Shown here piece by piece: positions 24,838 through 32,000 of a stretch of 32,000 nucleotides of DNA. The stretch comes from Acaryochloris thomasi RCC1774 (GTDB taxonomy: Bacteria; Cyanobacteriota; Cyanobacteriia; Thermosynechococcales; Thermosynechococcaceae), in the NCBI RefSeq assembly GCF_003231495.1, contig NZ_PQWO01000005.1:210001-242000 (forward strand), written 5' to 3'. Numbering within the stretch: position 1 is the stretch's first letter; every line of letters begins with the position of its first letter. A program made the position numbers and the translations under genes. The notes under the pieces were generated by a model, which saw only the letters and a list, made by a program, of their open reading frames with translations, searched no databases and had not been told where the DNA came from.

Positions 24838-26340
24838 ATGGTTGGCTATCTACTAATTCTGTCAATCATCATCTTGGGGGGAGTGATTGCGACACTGGGC
24901 GACCGAATTGGGTCCCGTGTTGGTAAGGCGAGACTAAGTTTATTTAACCTGCGTCCGAAGAAGACGGCGGTGTTGATTACGATTTTGACGGGGAGCGTAA
25001 CGTCGGCAACCACGATGGGGATCTTGCTGGCTACGAATGGTCAACTCCGGGATGCTATCTTTCGGATCGGGACTATCCAACGTCAGCTCCGTACGTTCAG
25101 GGCTGAGCGGGATGAGGTGCTGCAACAGAAAAATCAAAGTGAAGATGAGCTTGCGATCGCAAGGGCTGAATTAACCGAATCAGTGCGGCGACTGCGGGCG
25201 GTCAATCGTACCCTGCGGACTTCGGTAAGCCGTCAGCGAAAAAGCGAAGCGAAGCTGCAGCAGTTTCAAGCACGATTTCGAGAGGCCCAGAACACTCTGA
25301 GAAAATCGACCACGCAGGCGAGGGTGTTGCGATCGAAAATCTCTCGCCTCGTCTCTGAAGAACGCCAGATTCAGGCTGAACGGCAGCGCCTTCTTCAGCA
25401 GCGTAATCAAACTCAGAAACGACTGCAGGGAGTAGAAGCACAGCGCCGTCGATTGGCAGATGCTATTGCCACAGCTCGAACGCAGCTTCAGCAGGCGGAA
25501 GTACAGCAACAGCAGTTTGAAGCCGCCGTCGTAGAGGCTCAAGCTCAGCTTCAGCAGGCCAATGCCCAGCGAGGCGATCTTCTGCAGCAGCGATCGCAGC
25601 TGCAGAAAGACGTGGCGACTTTAGAGCGCAACCGCCAGCGCCTTGAAAGAAATGTAGAAGCGCTTTTGATTGGGTTGCGGCGCGGCAATATTACTATCCG
25701 TACCGGCCAAGTGCTGTCTTCTGGGGTGGTTGAGGACATCGATACCCGTGAGGAGGCTCTCGAAGTGCTTAACACTCTCCTCAGACAGGCTCGAACCGCC
25801 GCCATTGTGCTCATCAATCCCCCAGACCTAGCCCCAGATCAGCAGGTCGTGCAAATTACGAGTCAGTCCGTTGAGCGAGTCGTCAGCCAGGTTAGCGATG
25901 GCAAGCCCTACCTGATTCGGATTTTAGCAGCAGCCAACTATCTAGAAGGAGAGGAGACTGTCCTGGTGGCACCTCAATTGGCCGTGAATCGCTTGGTGCT
26001 TGAATCGGAAGAGACTCTGGCCGTGACGTCCTTGACCCCTGAAGCTTTATCTGATGAACAGATTCTTAACCGCCTCAATATTCTGTTCTCAGATGCTAAT
26101 CAGCAGGCCATTCAGTCAGGGGTGCTGCCCGATCCCCTGACCGGGACCGTTGGCTCATTCCAGCAAATCGAGCTATTTAGATTTGTCTTGGCCCTCAAAG
26201 ACCGTAATGATAACACCCCTGTTTCCATTCAGGCGATCGCACCTAACCCTGTTTTCACCGCCGGTCCATTGGTGCTGCAGCTCGTTGCTCTCAAAGGGCA
26301 AGAAGTGATTCTACGCAGTGGTGATCCCGCCACGCCCTAA
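24838..26340 (+). CDS. DUF3084 domain protein (N-terminal TM helices, long Q/R-rich coiled coil)
   Basis: 500 aa. The N-terminus MVGYLLILSIIILGGVIATLGDRIGSRVGKARLSLFNLRPKKTAVLITILTG is typical of cyanobacterial DUF3084 proteins. Confidence 0.65.
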   Translation: MVGYLLILSIIILGGVIATLGDRIGSRVGKARLSLFNLRPKKTAVLITILTGSVTSATTMGILLATNGQLRDAIFRIGTIQRQLRTFRAERDEVLQQKNQSEDELAIARAELTESVRRLRAVNRTLRTSVSRQRKSEAKLQQFQARFREAQNTLRKSTTQARVLRSKISRLVSEERQIQAERQRLLQQRNQTQKRLQGVEAQRRRLADAIATARTQLQQAEVQQQQFEAAVVEAQAQLQQANAQRGDLLQQRSQLQKDVATLERNRQRLERNVEALLIGLRRGNITIRTGQVLSSGVVEDIDTREEALEVLNTLLRQARTAAIVLINPPDLAPDQQVVQITSQSVERVVSQVSDGKPYLIRILAAANYLEGEETVLVAPQLAVNRLVLESEETLAVTSLTPEALSDEQILNRLNILFSDANQQAIQSGVLPDPLTGTVGSFQQIELFRFVLALKDRNDNTPVSIQAIAPNPVFTAGPLVLQLVALKGQEVILRSGDPATP

Positions 26341-26392
26341 CGCTCTCTTCGCTAATTTGTTAGCTTATGTGTAGTCGTTACGAATACGTTTA

Positions 26393-26941
26393 ATGATAAA
26401 ACTGGTTGGGATGAGTGGAAGTTTGCGATCGCAATCTTACTCATTTGATGCTTTGAAGCTAGCGCTCAAGAGAGCAGAGGCCTTAGGGGCTGAAGTGGAG
26501 ATACTAGACCTGCGAACGCTGAACCTCCCTTTCTGCAAAGGTGAAGATGACTACGCAGGCTATCCAGATGTTGTCAAGCTGAGGCAGGCCGTGCGCCAAG
26601 CTGATGGCTTGATTTTAGTGACGCCGGAATATCACGGCGGCGTCAGCGGCGTTTTGAAGAATGCCTTAGACCTACTGAGCTTTGAGCACTTGTCAGGCAA
26701 AGTTACCGGAGCCATCAGCGTTCTGGGCGGGCAGGCCAACAGCAATGCGCTCAATCAACTGCGACTGATCACGCGTTGGGTTCATGCCATGATGATTCCA
26801 GAGCAGGTCGCCATCGGCCAAGCTTGGCAAGCCTTCGATGCCAGCGGCAATCTCCAGGACCCCAAATTAGCGGAGCGGCTTGATAAATTTGTGGATAGCC
26901 TTGTTATCACAACCCAAAAGCTTCGCCCCAGTCAAAATTAG
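26393..26941 (+). CDS. NADPH-dependent FMN reductase family protein
   Basis: 182 aa with flavodoxin-like motifs MSGSLRSQSYS and LILVTPEYHGGVSGVLKNALDLL. Confidence 0.8.
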   Translation: MIKLVGMSGSLRSQSYSFDALKLALKRAEALGAEVEILDLRTLNLPFCKGEDDYAGYPDVVKLRQAVRQADGLILVTPEYHGGVSGVLKNALDLLSFEHLSGKVTGAISVLGGQANSNALNQLRLITRWVHAMMIPEQVAIGQAWQAFDASGNLQDPKLAERLDKFVDSLVITTQKLRPSQN

Positions 26942-27108
26942 AGTCAAAGCGCGCAGTACTTTTTCTGTGTAAAGAAAACATCCGTGTTTTTACGGTGTGT
27001 CTTTCGCCGATATTTAAGAGAATATCCGTATTTTCGCGGTTAATGTCTTTGAAACTAGGGTTTACTATAGATTCATTGGGCTGTCATACCCCCCGCATTA
27101 GCCCAGCC

Positions 27109-27209
27109 AAGTCTCCGAAATGGCAACTTGTTCCGAAAGGGCAAGGCGCAAACCAGCGGGCCTAAAAACCATCTTAGGGGTATGGATGCTGCTGGTTCCG
27201 AAGAGACTT
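27109..27209 (+). promoter_or_regulatory. GEMM-I (c-di-GMP-I class) riboswitch-like aptamer, copy 1
   Basis: The P1 strands are AAGTCTC (27109-27115) and GAGACTT (27203-27209). Between them, in order: GGCAA; hairpin CTTG-TT-CC GAAA GG-G-CAAG with a GNRA loop; GCGCAAACC; and a second helix carrying CCTAAA and TATGG, the two halves of the 11-nt GAAA-tetraloop receptor. The block order matches my memory of the Vc2 aptamer: GGGCAAACC-hairpin(GAAA)-GACGCAAAGCC-UCCGGCCUAAACC. Confidence 0.7.
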
Positions 27210-27225
27210 TACTTCATTAAGCAAG

Positions 27226-27260
27226 GGCCTTTACCTTCTGGGTAGGGGCCTTTGTGTTTT
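27226..27260 (+). terminator. intrinsic terminator of riboswitch copy 1
   Basis: GGCCTTTACC (27226-27235) pairs with GGTAGGGGCC (27241-27250) in 10 bp including two G-U pairs, with loop TTCTG. It is followed by TTTGTGTTTT. Confidence 0.75.
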
Positions 27261-27412
27261 AGAACAGAGGTGCCGCAGCGCACGACCGTATAATCCCGGA
27301 AGCCGAGAGTCTGGAAAATAGCTGAAAATCCGTATTTTCACGCTTAAAAGCTGAAAATAAAGATTCTAATATGGATTCATCGGGCTGTTATACCCCCCAC
27401 ATTAGCCCAGCC

Positions 27413-27513
27413 AAGTCTCCGAAATGGCAACTTGTTCCGAAAGGGCAAGGCGCAAACCAGCGGGCCTAAAAACCATCTTAGGGGTATGGATGCTGCTGGT
27501 TCCGAAGAGACTT
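27413..27513 (+). promoter_or_regulatory. GEMM-I (c-di-GMP-I class) riboswitch-like aptamer, copy 2
   Basis: The sequence is identical to copy 1 over the whole 101-nt aptamer. Confidence 0.7.
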
Positions 27514-27529
27514 TACTTCATTGAGCAAG

Positions 27530-27565
27530 GGCCTTTACCTTCTGGGTAGGGGCCTTGCTTGTTTT
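27530..27565 (+). terminator. intrinsic terminator of riboswitch copy 2
   Basis: The stem is the same as in copy 1 (GGCCTTTACC with GGTAGGGGCC), followed by TTGCTTGTTTT. It ends 78 nt upstream of the next start codon. Confidence 0.75.
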
Positions 27566-27643
27566 CGCGGTCGTCTTGATCACCAACCAGCGTTAGAGTT
27601 GTGAGGGATAAAAACAGCGATCGATAGGAGGCAGCGCAGGTTT

Positions 27644-28012
27644 GTGACACCCGCAGAATTTTTGCTGCTACTCATTTCAATTGCGTTCAGTGGCGCAGGG
27701 CAGTTTTTCCTAAAGTCAGGTGCCCTGCAGCTCGGCAAAGTCACAGGTACCAACCTGCTGAGTCACGTGCTCAGCATTGCGACGACGCCCGCTTTGTTGG
27801 TGGGACTGGCCTGCTATGCGTTCGGTGCCATTAGCTATATCATGCTCTTGACCCGCGTCAGTCTTAGCGTTGCTGGTCCTGCTGCCTCGCTGATTTATCT
27901 CGTCTCAGTTTTGTTGGGCTACTTTGCTTTTCAAGAAGCCATTTCCCTGAGCCGCTTAGTAGGGCTAGGCTGCATCGTTTGTGGCGTCATTCTGATTGCG
28001 TGGCAGCGGTAG
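27644..28012 (+). CDS. small 4-TM EamA-like (half-size DMT, ArnE/ArnF-like) membrane protein
   Basis: 122 aa from a GTG start, with AGGAGG at 27626-27631. LLLISIAFSGAGQFFLKSGALQLG...LTRVSLSVAGPAASLIYLVSVLLGYFAFQEAISLSRLVGLGCIVCGVILIAW is a single EamA-type domain. Confidence 0.65.
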   Translation: MTPAEFLLLLISIAFSGAGQFFLKSGALQLGKVTGTNLLSHVLSIATTPALLVGLACYAFGAISYIMLLTRVSLSVAGPAASLIYLVSVLLGYFAFQEAISLSRLVGLGCIVCGVILIAWQR

Positions 28013-28079
28013 TCTCGTGTTGTAAATGTATGCAGTCTCAAAGTAGATATGTGATCATAGAATCAAATGTCTCGCGTCA

Positions 28080-28496
28080 ATGTCCACGTATTGCAACGAA
28101 AGCCTGTATTCACAGTTGTTGTCTTTATGGAGTGCCAGGTCAGTGATCACCTCTAAACTATTTCCCTTCGCTATTTTTTGTGTGTTTGCGGGTATTGCCT
28201 GTCCTACGCAAGCTCAGTCTTTGGACCCCGTTGAACAAACTTTAGTTGAGCAGGGTATTAGAGACGTCCTGTCTTCTCCTGGCGGCCTCTTGACGGTCCC
28301 TAATTCTGCAGGCGCAAATAGGCCGCAAAGTGCGCCTCCTACAAAAGCCGCTGAGTACGAATATGACGCAGAAAAAACAGCCAAGGGTTGTGGTGAGCAG
28401 CAGAACGACGAACTCACCTTTTCCAGTCAGGGAGAATATGGGCCTGAAGATATCGGTAGTACCGCTAGCCAGTCCTTTGAATCCTCTGATTGTTGA
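28080..28496 (+). CDS. hypothetical secreted acidic protein
   Basis: There is a hydrophobic signal-like segment KLFPFAIFCVFAGIACPTQAQS, then a low-complexity, acidic, probably disordered sequence. The start codon is uncertain and no family was recognised. Confidence 0.4.
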   Translation: MSTYCNESLYSQLLSLWSARSVITSKLFPFAIFCVFAGIACPTQAQSLDPVEQTLVEQGIRDVLSSPGGLLTVPNSAGANRPQSAPPTKAAEYEYDAEKTAKGCGEQQNDELTFSSQGEYGPEDIGSTASQSFESSDC

Positions 28497-28502
28497 GTCT
28501 GA

Positions 28503-29363
28503 ATGAGCACTCCACCGATTCAATGGTATCCCGGCCACATTGCTAAAGCTGAAAAGGCACTCGTGGAGCAGCTCAAGCGGGTTGATGTTGTCTTAGAAGT
28601 GCGAGACTGTCGCATTCCCCTCGCCAGCCGTCATCCCCAAATTGCCCAGTGGATTGGCGAGAAAGCCCATATTCTCGTGATGAATCGCGTTGATCTGATT
28701 CCTGTGAGTGCGGTGGATCGATGGCGAGAGTATCTCAAAGCCCAGGAGCTGACGCCTTATTTTACCGATGCGCAACATGGTAAAGGCATCGCGGCGGTTG
28801 CCAAAGTCGCTCAAGCTTCAGGGACTCAGGTCAATCAGCGCCGCCAAAAGCGAGGAATGCGCCCTCGAGCCGTGAGAGCGGTTGTTGTGGGATTCCCTAA
28901 CGTGGGCAAATCTGCCCTGATCAATCGTTTGCTGAAGCGGCGCGTGGTTCCCAGTGCGCCTCGCCCCGGCGTCACGCGGCAGCTACGGTGGATTCGCCTG
29001 TCTGACCAGCTAGAAATCTTAGATACACCCGGCGTTCTGCCGCCGCTCTTAGAAGATCAAGATGCGGCCTATAAGCTGGCGATCTGCGACGATATCGGCA
29101 CTGCTGCCTACGATAATCAATTGGTTGCCGCCACGTTCATTGAACACCTCCAGCGGCTTCAACTGCAGAGTATCCCAGGATTTTGTTTGCAAAACCCGCT
29201 CCAGTCCCGCTATCAGCTAGAGCCTCAAGCGACCGGTGAAGAATATTTAGAAGCTCTAGCGAACAAACAGCATCAAGGCGATATTGAACGAACCGCGCAT
29301 CAGATTCTGACAGACTTTCGTAAAGGAAGGCTAGGCACGCTGCCCTTAGAAGCACCACCATAG
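28503..29363 (+). CDS. rbgA: ribosome biogenesis GTPase A (YlqF/RbgA), circularly permuted GTPase
   Basis: IQWYPGHIAKAEK is present. The G4 motif MNRVDL precedes G1 GFPNVGKSALINRL and G3 LDTPGV, which is the permuted order. Confidence 0.88.
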   Translation: MSTPPIQWYPGHIAKAEKALVEQLKRVDVVLEVRDCRIPLASRHPQIAQWIGEKAHILVMNRVDLIPVSAVDRWREYLKAQELTPYFTDAQHGKGIAAVAKVAQASGTQVNQRRQKRGMRPRAVRAVVVGFPNVGKSALINRLLKRRVVPSAPRPGVTRQLRWIRLSDQLEILDTPGVLPPLLEDQDAAYKLAICDDIGTAAYDNQLVAATFIEHLQRLQLQSIPGFCLQNPLQSRYQLEPQATGEEYLEALANKQHQGDIERTAHQILTDFRKGRLGTLPLEAPP

Positions 29364-29456
29364 CCCTGTCTTTTTACTAAGAATCATCGCCAAGCGTCAC
29401 CTGACCCCTTAAACTGAAAAACTGTTGACCTTTAGTCGAGCTGACTTAAATTCACT

Positions 29457-30182
29457 GTGCGAAAAATTGCGATCGCTGGCAACTGGAAAATGCATAAAAC
29501 CCAGGCCGATACCCTGGAGTTTTTGCAGACCTTTCTACCTCTGCTTGAGGCCACCCCTGAGGATCGAAGCGTCATTCTCTGTGTGCCCTTTACTGACCTA
29601 GGAACGCTTTCTCAGAACCTGCACGGTAGCCGAGTACAGGTAGGTGCCCAGAATATGCATTGGGAATCTGAAGGGGCCTATACCGGTGAAATTTCTGGCT
29701 CAATGCTGACTGAACTGAGCGTCCGTTACGTCATTATTGGTCATAGCGAACGTCGGCAGTACTTTGGTGAAACGGATGAGACGGTCAACCTACGCCTTAA
29801 AGCTGCTCAGAAGCATAAGCTCACGCCCATTCTCTGTGTCGGTGAGTCCAAGCAACAGCGAGATCAGGGTGAAACAGAAGCACATATTCTCAGTCAGCTC
29901 AAGCATGGGTTGGATGGCGTTGATCAAAACAACCTAATCATTGCCTATGAGCCGATCTGGTCCATCGGTACTGGGGACGTTTGTGCATCAGACGAAGCAA
30001 ACCGAGTCATTGGTCTGATTCGCTCTCAATTGACGAATAAAGATGTCACCATTCAGTATGGTGGCTCCGTTAAACCGGGCAATGTGGACGAAATAATGGC
30101 CCAGCCCGAGATTGACGGAGCGTTAGTCGGCGGTGGTAGCTTGACCGGCGATAGTTTCGCCAGAATTGTTAATCACCAGTAG
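29457..30182 (+). CDS. tpiA: triose-phosphate isomerase
   Basis: Motifs [29 protein letters not shown] and YGGSVKPGN are present. GTG start at 29457. Confidence 0.95.
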   Translation: MRKIAIAGNWKMHKTQADTLEFLQTFLPLLEATPEDRSVILCVPFTDLGTLSQNLHGSRVQVGAQNMHWESEGAYTGEISGSMLTELSVRYVIIGHSERRQYFGETDETVNLRLKAAQKHKLTPILCVGESKQQRDQGETEAHILSQLKHGLDGVDQNNLIIAYEPIWSIGTGDVCASDEANRVIGLIRSQLTNKDVTIQYGGSVKPGNVDEIMAQPEIDGALVGGGSLTGDSFARIVNHQ

Positions 30183-30213
30183 TCTGCTGATCGATCCTGG
30201 TTAAGAAGGCTGG

Positions 30214-30870
30214 TTAAGAAGGATCCATCTGTAGTCCCTGCAGAACGGCAGGTAACTGCTTATTATTCTGCTGCCAAAGCGCTTCCTTAAGCAAAATTCG
30301 ATGCTTTTTGAGGCGGGTCAAACGGCCTTCTTGCTCAAATTGCTTCAGTAGACGGGTGGCCGTTACGCGTGTGATGCCTGTGATGTCAGCGAGAAGCTGG
30401 TGAGTGAGCCGTAAATCTAGCATTTTTCCCTGTTCGACATCGCGGCCGAAGCGGGCAGCTAGCCACTGCAAAAATTTCAAAAGCCTTAAGGGCGCGCGCT
30501 TATAGCCAATAATACTGAGGAATTCTTCCATGCAGCGAATCTGGAAGTACATGGCGTCTTGAACATTGTTTTGGGTTGGCGATACTGCCTGAACTTCTAC
30601 TGCCGTTAAGCATTCCATCTGGAAGGGCTTAATTTGAGAGAGGGGGCGTCCGACGATATCGCCGTCACCCCACACGCCTAGCGTGATTAGGTCACCTTCA
30701 TCATTCCAGGTGAGTGTGCGGACAAAGCCCTCGTCAATGCGCCATAGATTTTCAGCAGATGGCGGCAAAATGTCTCCTTGCTTGAAGGCAAGATCATGAT
30801 TGAGGCTGGAAGATACTGGCATAAGGCAAAACCCTTCTTGAGAGTGATGCTGAGGTGTGCATTGTTTCAC
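30214..30870 (-). CDS. Crp/Fnr family transcriptional regulator
   Basis: It has an N-terminal cNMP-binding-like barrel (FKQGDILPPSAENLWRIDEGFVRTLTWNDEGDLITLGVWGDGDIVG) and a C-terminal HTH (LTHQLLADITGITRVTATRLLKQFEQEGRL). The start could instead be Met17 (30822). Confidence 0.8.
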   Translation of the reverse strand: MKQCTPQHHSQEGFCLMPVSSSLNHDLAFKQGDILPPSAENLWRIDEGFVRTLTWNDEGDLITLGVWGDGDIVGRPLSQIKPFQMECLTAVEVQAVSPTQNNVQDAMYFQIRCMEEFLSIIGYKRAPLRLLKFLQWLAARFGRDVEQGKMLDLRLTHQLLADITGITRVTATRLLKQFEQEGRLTRLKKHRILLKEALWQQNNKQLPAVLQGLQMDPS

Positions 30871-31084
30871 AACTGAGCGTCACATGTTCCTAACTAGCTT
30901 TGTGCACGTTTTCCTCAATGAGATCGGTACAGATTCGAGAAGGTCCTTGTAGAATCAACCTCGAGAGAGAATAACTGCTCAATATCTCAAGAGACTACTC
31001 CGCATAGATGAAGATGTAGTGAAAGTGGTTGACAATGTGCCGTAAGCTCTTGGTGAAAAAGATTTATGGTGGGACGGGCAGCCA

Positions 31085-31135
31085 AAAATACCGATAGCCG
31101 TGGGAGGTCGATGACGCCACAACTATCGGTATTTT
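31085..31135 (-). terminator. intrinsic (bidirectional-looking) terminator downstream of the peroxiredoxin gene
   Basis: There is a perfect 13-nt inverted repeat, AAAATACCGATAG (31085-31097) with CTATCGGTATTTT (31123-31135). On the minus strand the stem ends in a TTTTT run. It starts 41 nt after the prx stop. Confidence 0.7.
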
Positions 31136-31175
31136 AAGAGTGAGAAAACTTGCGGTGCTTTCTTCTGGTCTGGTG

Positions 31176-31781
31176 TTAGACGGTGGCGAAGTAATCTTTT
31201 GATTTGACGGGATCGGGGTTCATCGTTTGCGCCCCTGGGGTCCACCCTGCAGGACAGACTTCGTCAGGATTGGCTTGGACGTGCTGAATGGCCTGTAAAA
31301 TGCGGAGAGTTTCGTCTACGCTGCGCCCAAATGCAAGATTGTTGACGGTTGCGTATTGAATGACACCGTCTTTGTCGATGATGAACAAGCCTCTGAGGGC
31401 AACACCGGCTTCAGGTTCCAGAACGTTATAGGCCGTGCTGATTTCTTTTTTGATGTCAGAAATGAGGGGATAGTTGAGGTCACCGACGCCACCAGATTTG
31501 CGATCGGTTTGAATCCAGGCTAGATGAGAGAACTCACTGTCAACGGAAATTCCGAGCACTTCTGTGTTCAGGGACTTAAATTCTTCGTAGCGATCGCTGA
31601 ACGCGGTGATCTCTGTGGGGCAAACAAAAGTGAAGTCTAAGGGATAGAAAAAGACAACAACATACTTGTTGCCACGGTAGCTCGACAGCTTAACATCTTG
31701 AAACTCCTGGTCGTATACTGCCGTGGCGGTAAAGTCAGGGGCGGTCTGACCGACCCGTAGGCACCCATTGTCTTCAGTCAT
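31176..31781 (-). CDS. typical 2-Cys peroxiredoxin
   Basis: 201 aa. The peroxidatic Cys lies in [15 protein letters not shown] and the resolving Cys in EVCPAGW. Confidence 0.92.
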   Translation of the reverse strand: MTEDNGCLRVGQTAPDFTATAVYDQEFQDVKLSSYRGNKYVVVFFYPLDFTFVCPTEITAFSDRYEEFKSLNTEVLGISVDSEFSHLAWIQTDRKSGGVGDLNYPLISDIKKEISTAYNVLEPEAGVALRGLFIIDKDGVIQYATVNNLAFGRSVDETLRILQAIQHVQANPDEVCPAGWTPGAQTMNPDPVKSKDYFATV

Positions 31782-32000
31782 AAATCAGTTACTCCTTACA
31801 GGATGGAATAGATCTGCGCTCACCACACCTCAGTCACAGAGATGGAGCCAAACGCTGAAACCATCATACTGTTAATAAACGGTTACATTACGCCTGAGTT
31901 GTGCTGAGACGTAATGCTAGGTCAAATACCGCTGTTTGAAGGAGCGTTTCTAGCTAGAGATTTCAGATAAGAGGGGCTTGAAGAGCCAGTTGAGGCCGAC

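Larger units (their letters stand above)
27024..27260 (+). repeat. tandem duplication unit A (box ATCCGT.., -10-like TACTAT, leader hairpin, aptamer, terminator)
   Basis: It aligns with unit B at a constant 304-nt offset. Positions 27109-27209 are identical to 27413-27513, and the flanks carry scattered substitutions. Confidence 0.9.
27328..27565 (+). repeat. tandem duplication unit B
   Basis: Same architecture as unit A, shifted by 304 nt. The -10-like hexamer here is TAATAT (27367-27372). Confidence 0.9.

Noticed and set aside
27113-27145. Idea of a glycine riboswitch, from the two CCGAAAxGGCAA motifs
   Set aside because: The motifs are only about 20 nt apart and belong to one junction plus hairpin. 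There are no GGAGAG or CUCUGGAGAG elements and no pair of aptamers of about 100 nt.
27050-27210. Initial idea that the leader is a guanidine-I (ykkC) riboswitch, because of CTAGGGTT, GGTTCCGAAGAG and CGGGCCTAAAAACC plus a downstream small transporter
   Set aside because: The blocks are in the wrong order for ykkC, and the CTAGGGTT element is not conserved in unit B. The tetraloop, receptor and ACGCAAA-type junction layout fits GEMM-I much better.
29436-29459. TTGACC ... TAAATT promoter-like elements directly abutting the GTG of tpiA (possible leaderless mRNA)
   Set aside because: The -10 hexamer is weak, the spacing is ambiguous, and I cannot test it. It is too speculative to list as a feature.
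30197-30222. Perfect 13-nt tandem duplication CTGGTTAAGAAGG x2 spanning the stop codon of the Crp-family gene
   Set aside because: It is real in the sequence, but it duplicates the stop codon itself, so the protein is unchanged. It is most simply a replication-slippage footprint, and I see no functional reading.
31890-31920. Inverted repeat CATTACG-N17-CGTAATG upstream of the peroxiredoxin gene as a redox-regulator operator
   Set aside because: It is a 7-bp dyad with a long spacer, matches no regulator consensus I can name, and sits at the window edge. I noted it but cannot support it.
1-32000. Search for tRNA, rRNA, CRISPR arrays and IS elements with terminal inverted repeats
   Set aside because: By eye I found no T-arm/anticodon-arm cloverleaf candidates, no rRNA-like conserved blocks, no regularly spaced direct repeats other than the 304-nt riboswitch duplication and the SSUL modules, and no transposase ORF. 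A tRNAscan/Infernal/CRISPR-finder pass would be needed to be sure.

Overview
This is a cyanobacterial chromosomal window: the HIP1 octamer GCGATCGC is scattered throughout and beta-carboxysome genes are present. The left third is a CO2-concentrating-mechanism (CCM) super-locus. It starts with an NdhF3/F4-class NDH-1 subunit (minus strand, cut by the window edge, missing from the ORF track), divergent from ccmK2-ccmK1-ccmL-ccmM-ccmN-ccmO. A visibly AT-richer, HIP1-free insertion of about 2.4 kb follows, carrying an AbrB-type antitoxin pseudogene, two orphan ORFs and an Rpn/DUF2887-type nuclease. After it comes sbtA-sbtB-(Tat-signal beta-carbonic anhydrase)-bicA. The middle holds an accessory patch: a vapC/phd TA pair, a translationally coupled 3-gene operon ending in a minimal GIY-YIG nuclease, and a DUF29 gene. 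Beyond that are a DMT transporter, selU/mnmH, a CcbP-like protein, pgsA, a 1740-aa TamB homologue, DUF3110, DUF3084 and an FMN reductase. The most interesting signal is in the ORF-free stretch 26942-27643. I read it as two tandem GEMM-I (c-di-GMP-I class) riboswitch-like aptamers with identical sequence. Each has its own intrinsic terminator and possibly its own -10 box, and both sit upstream of a small 4-TM EamA-like protein and a secreted acidic protein. The right end carries rbgA, tpiA, a Crp-family regulator and a 2-Cys peroxiredoxin. I saw no rRNA, tRNA, CRISPR array or classical IS element by eye. All family calls come from recognising motifs in the translations, and no database search was possible.
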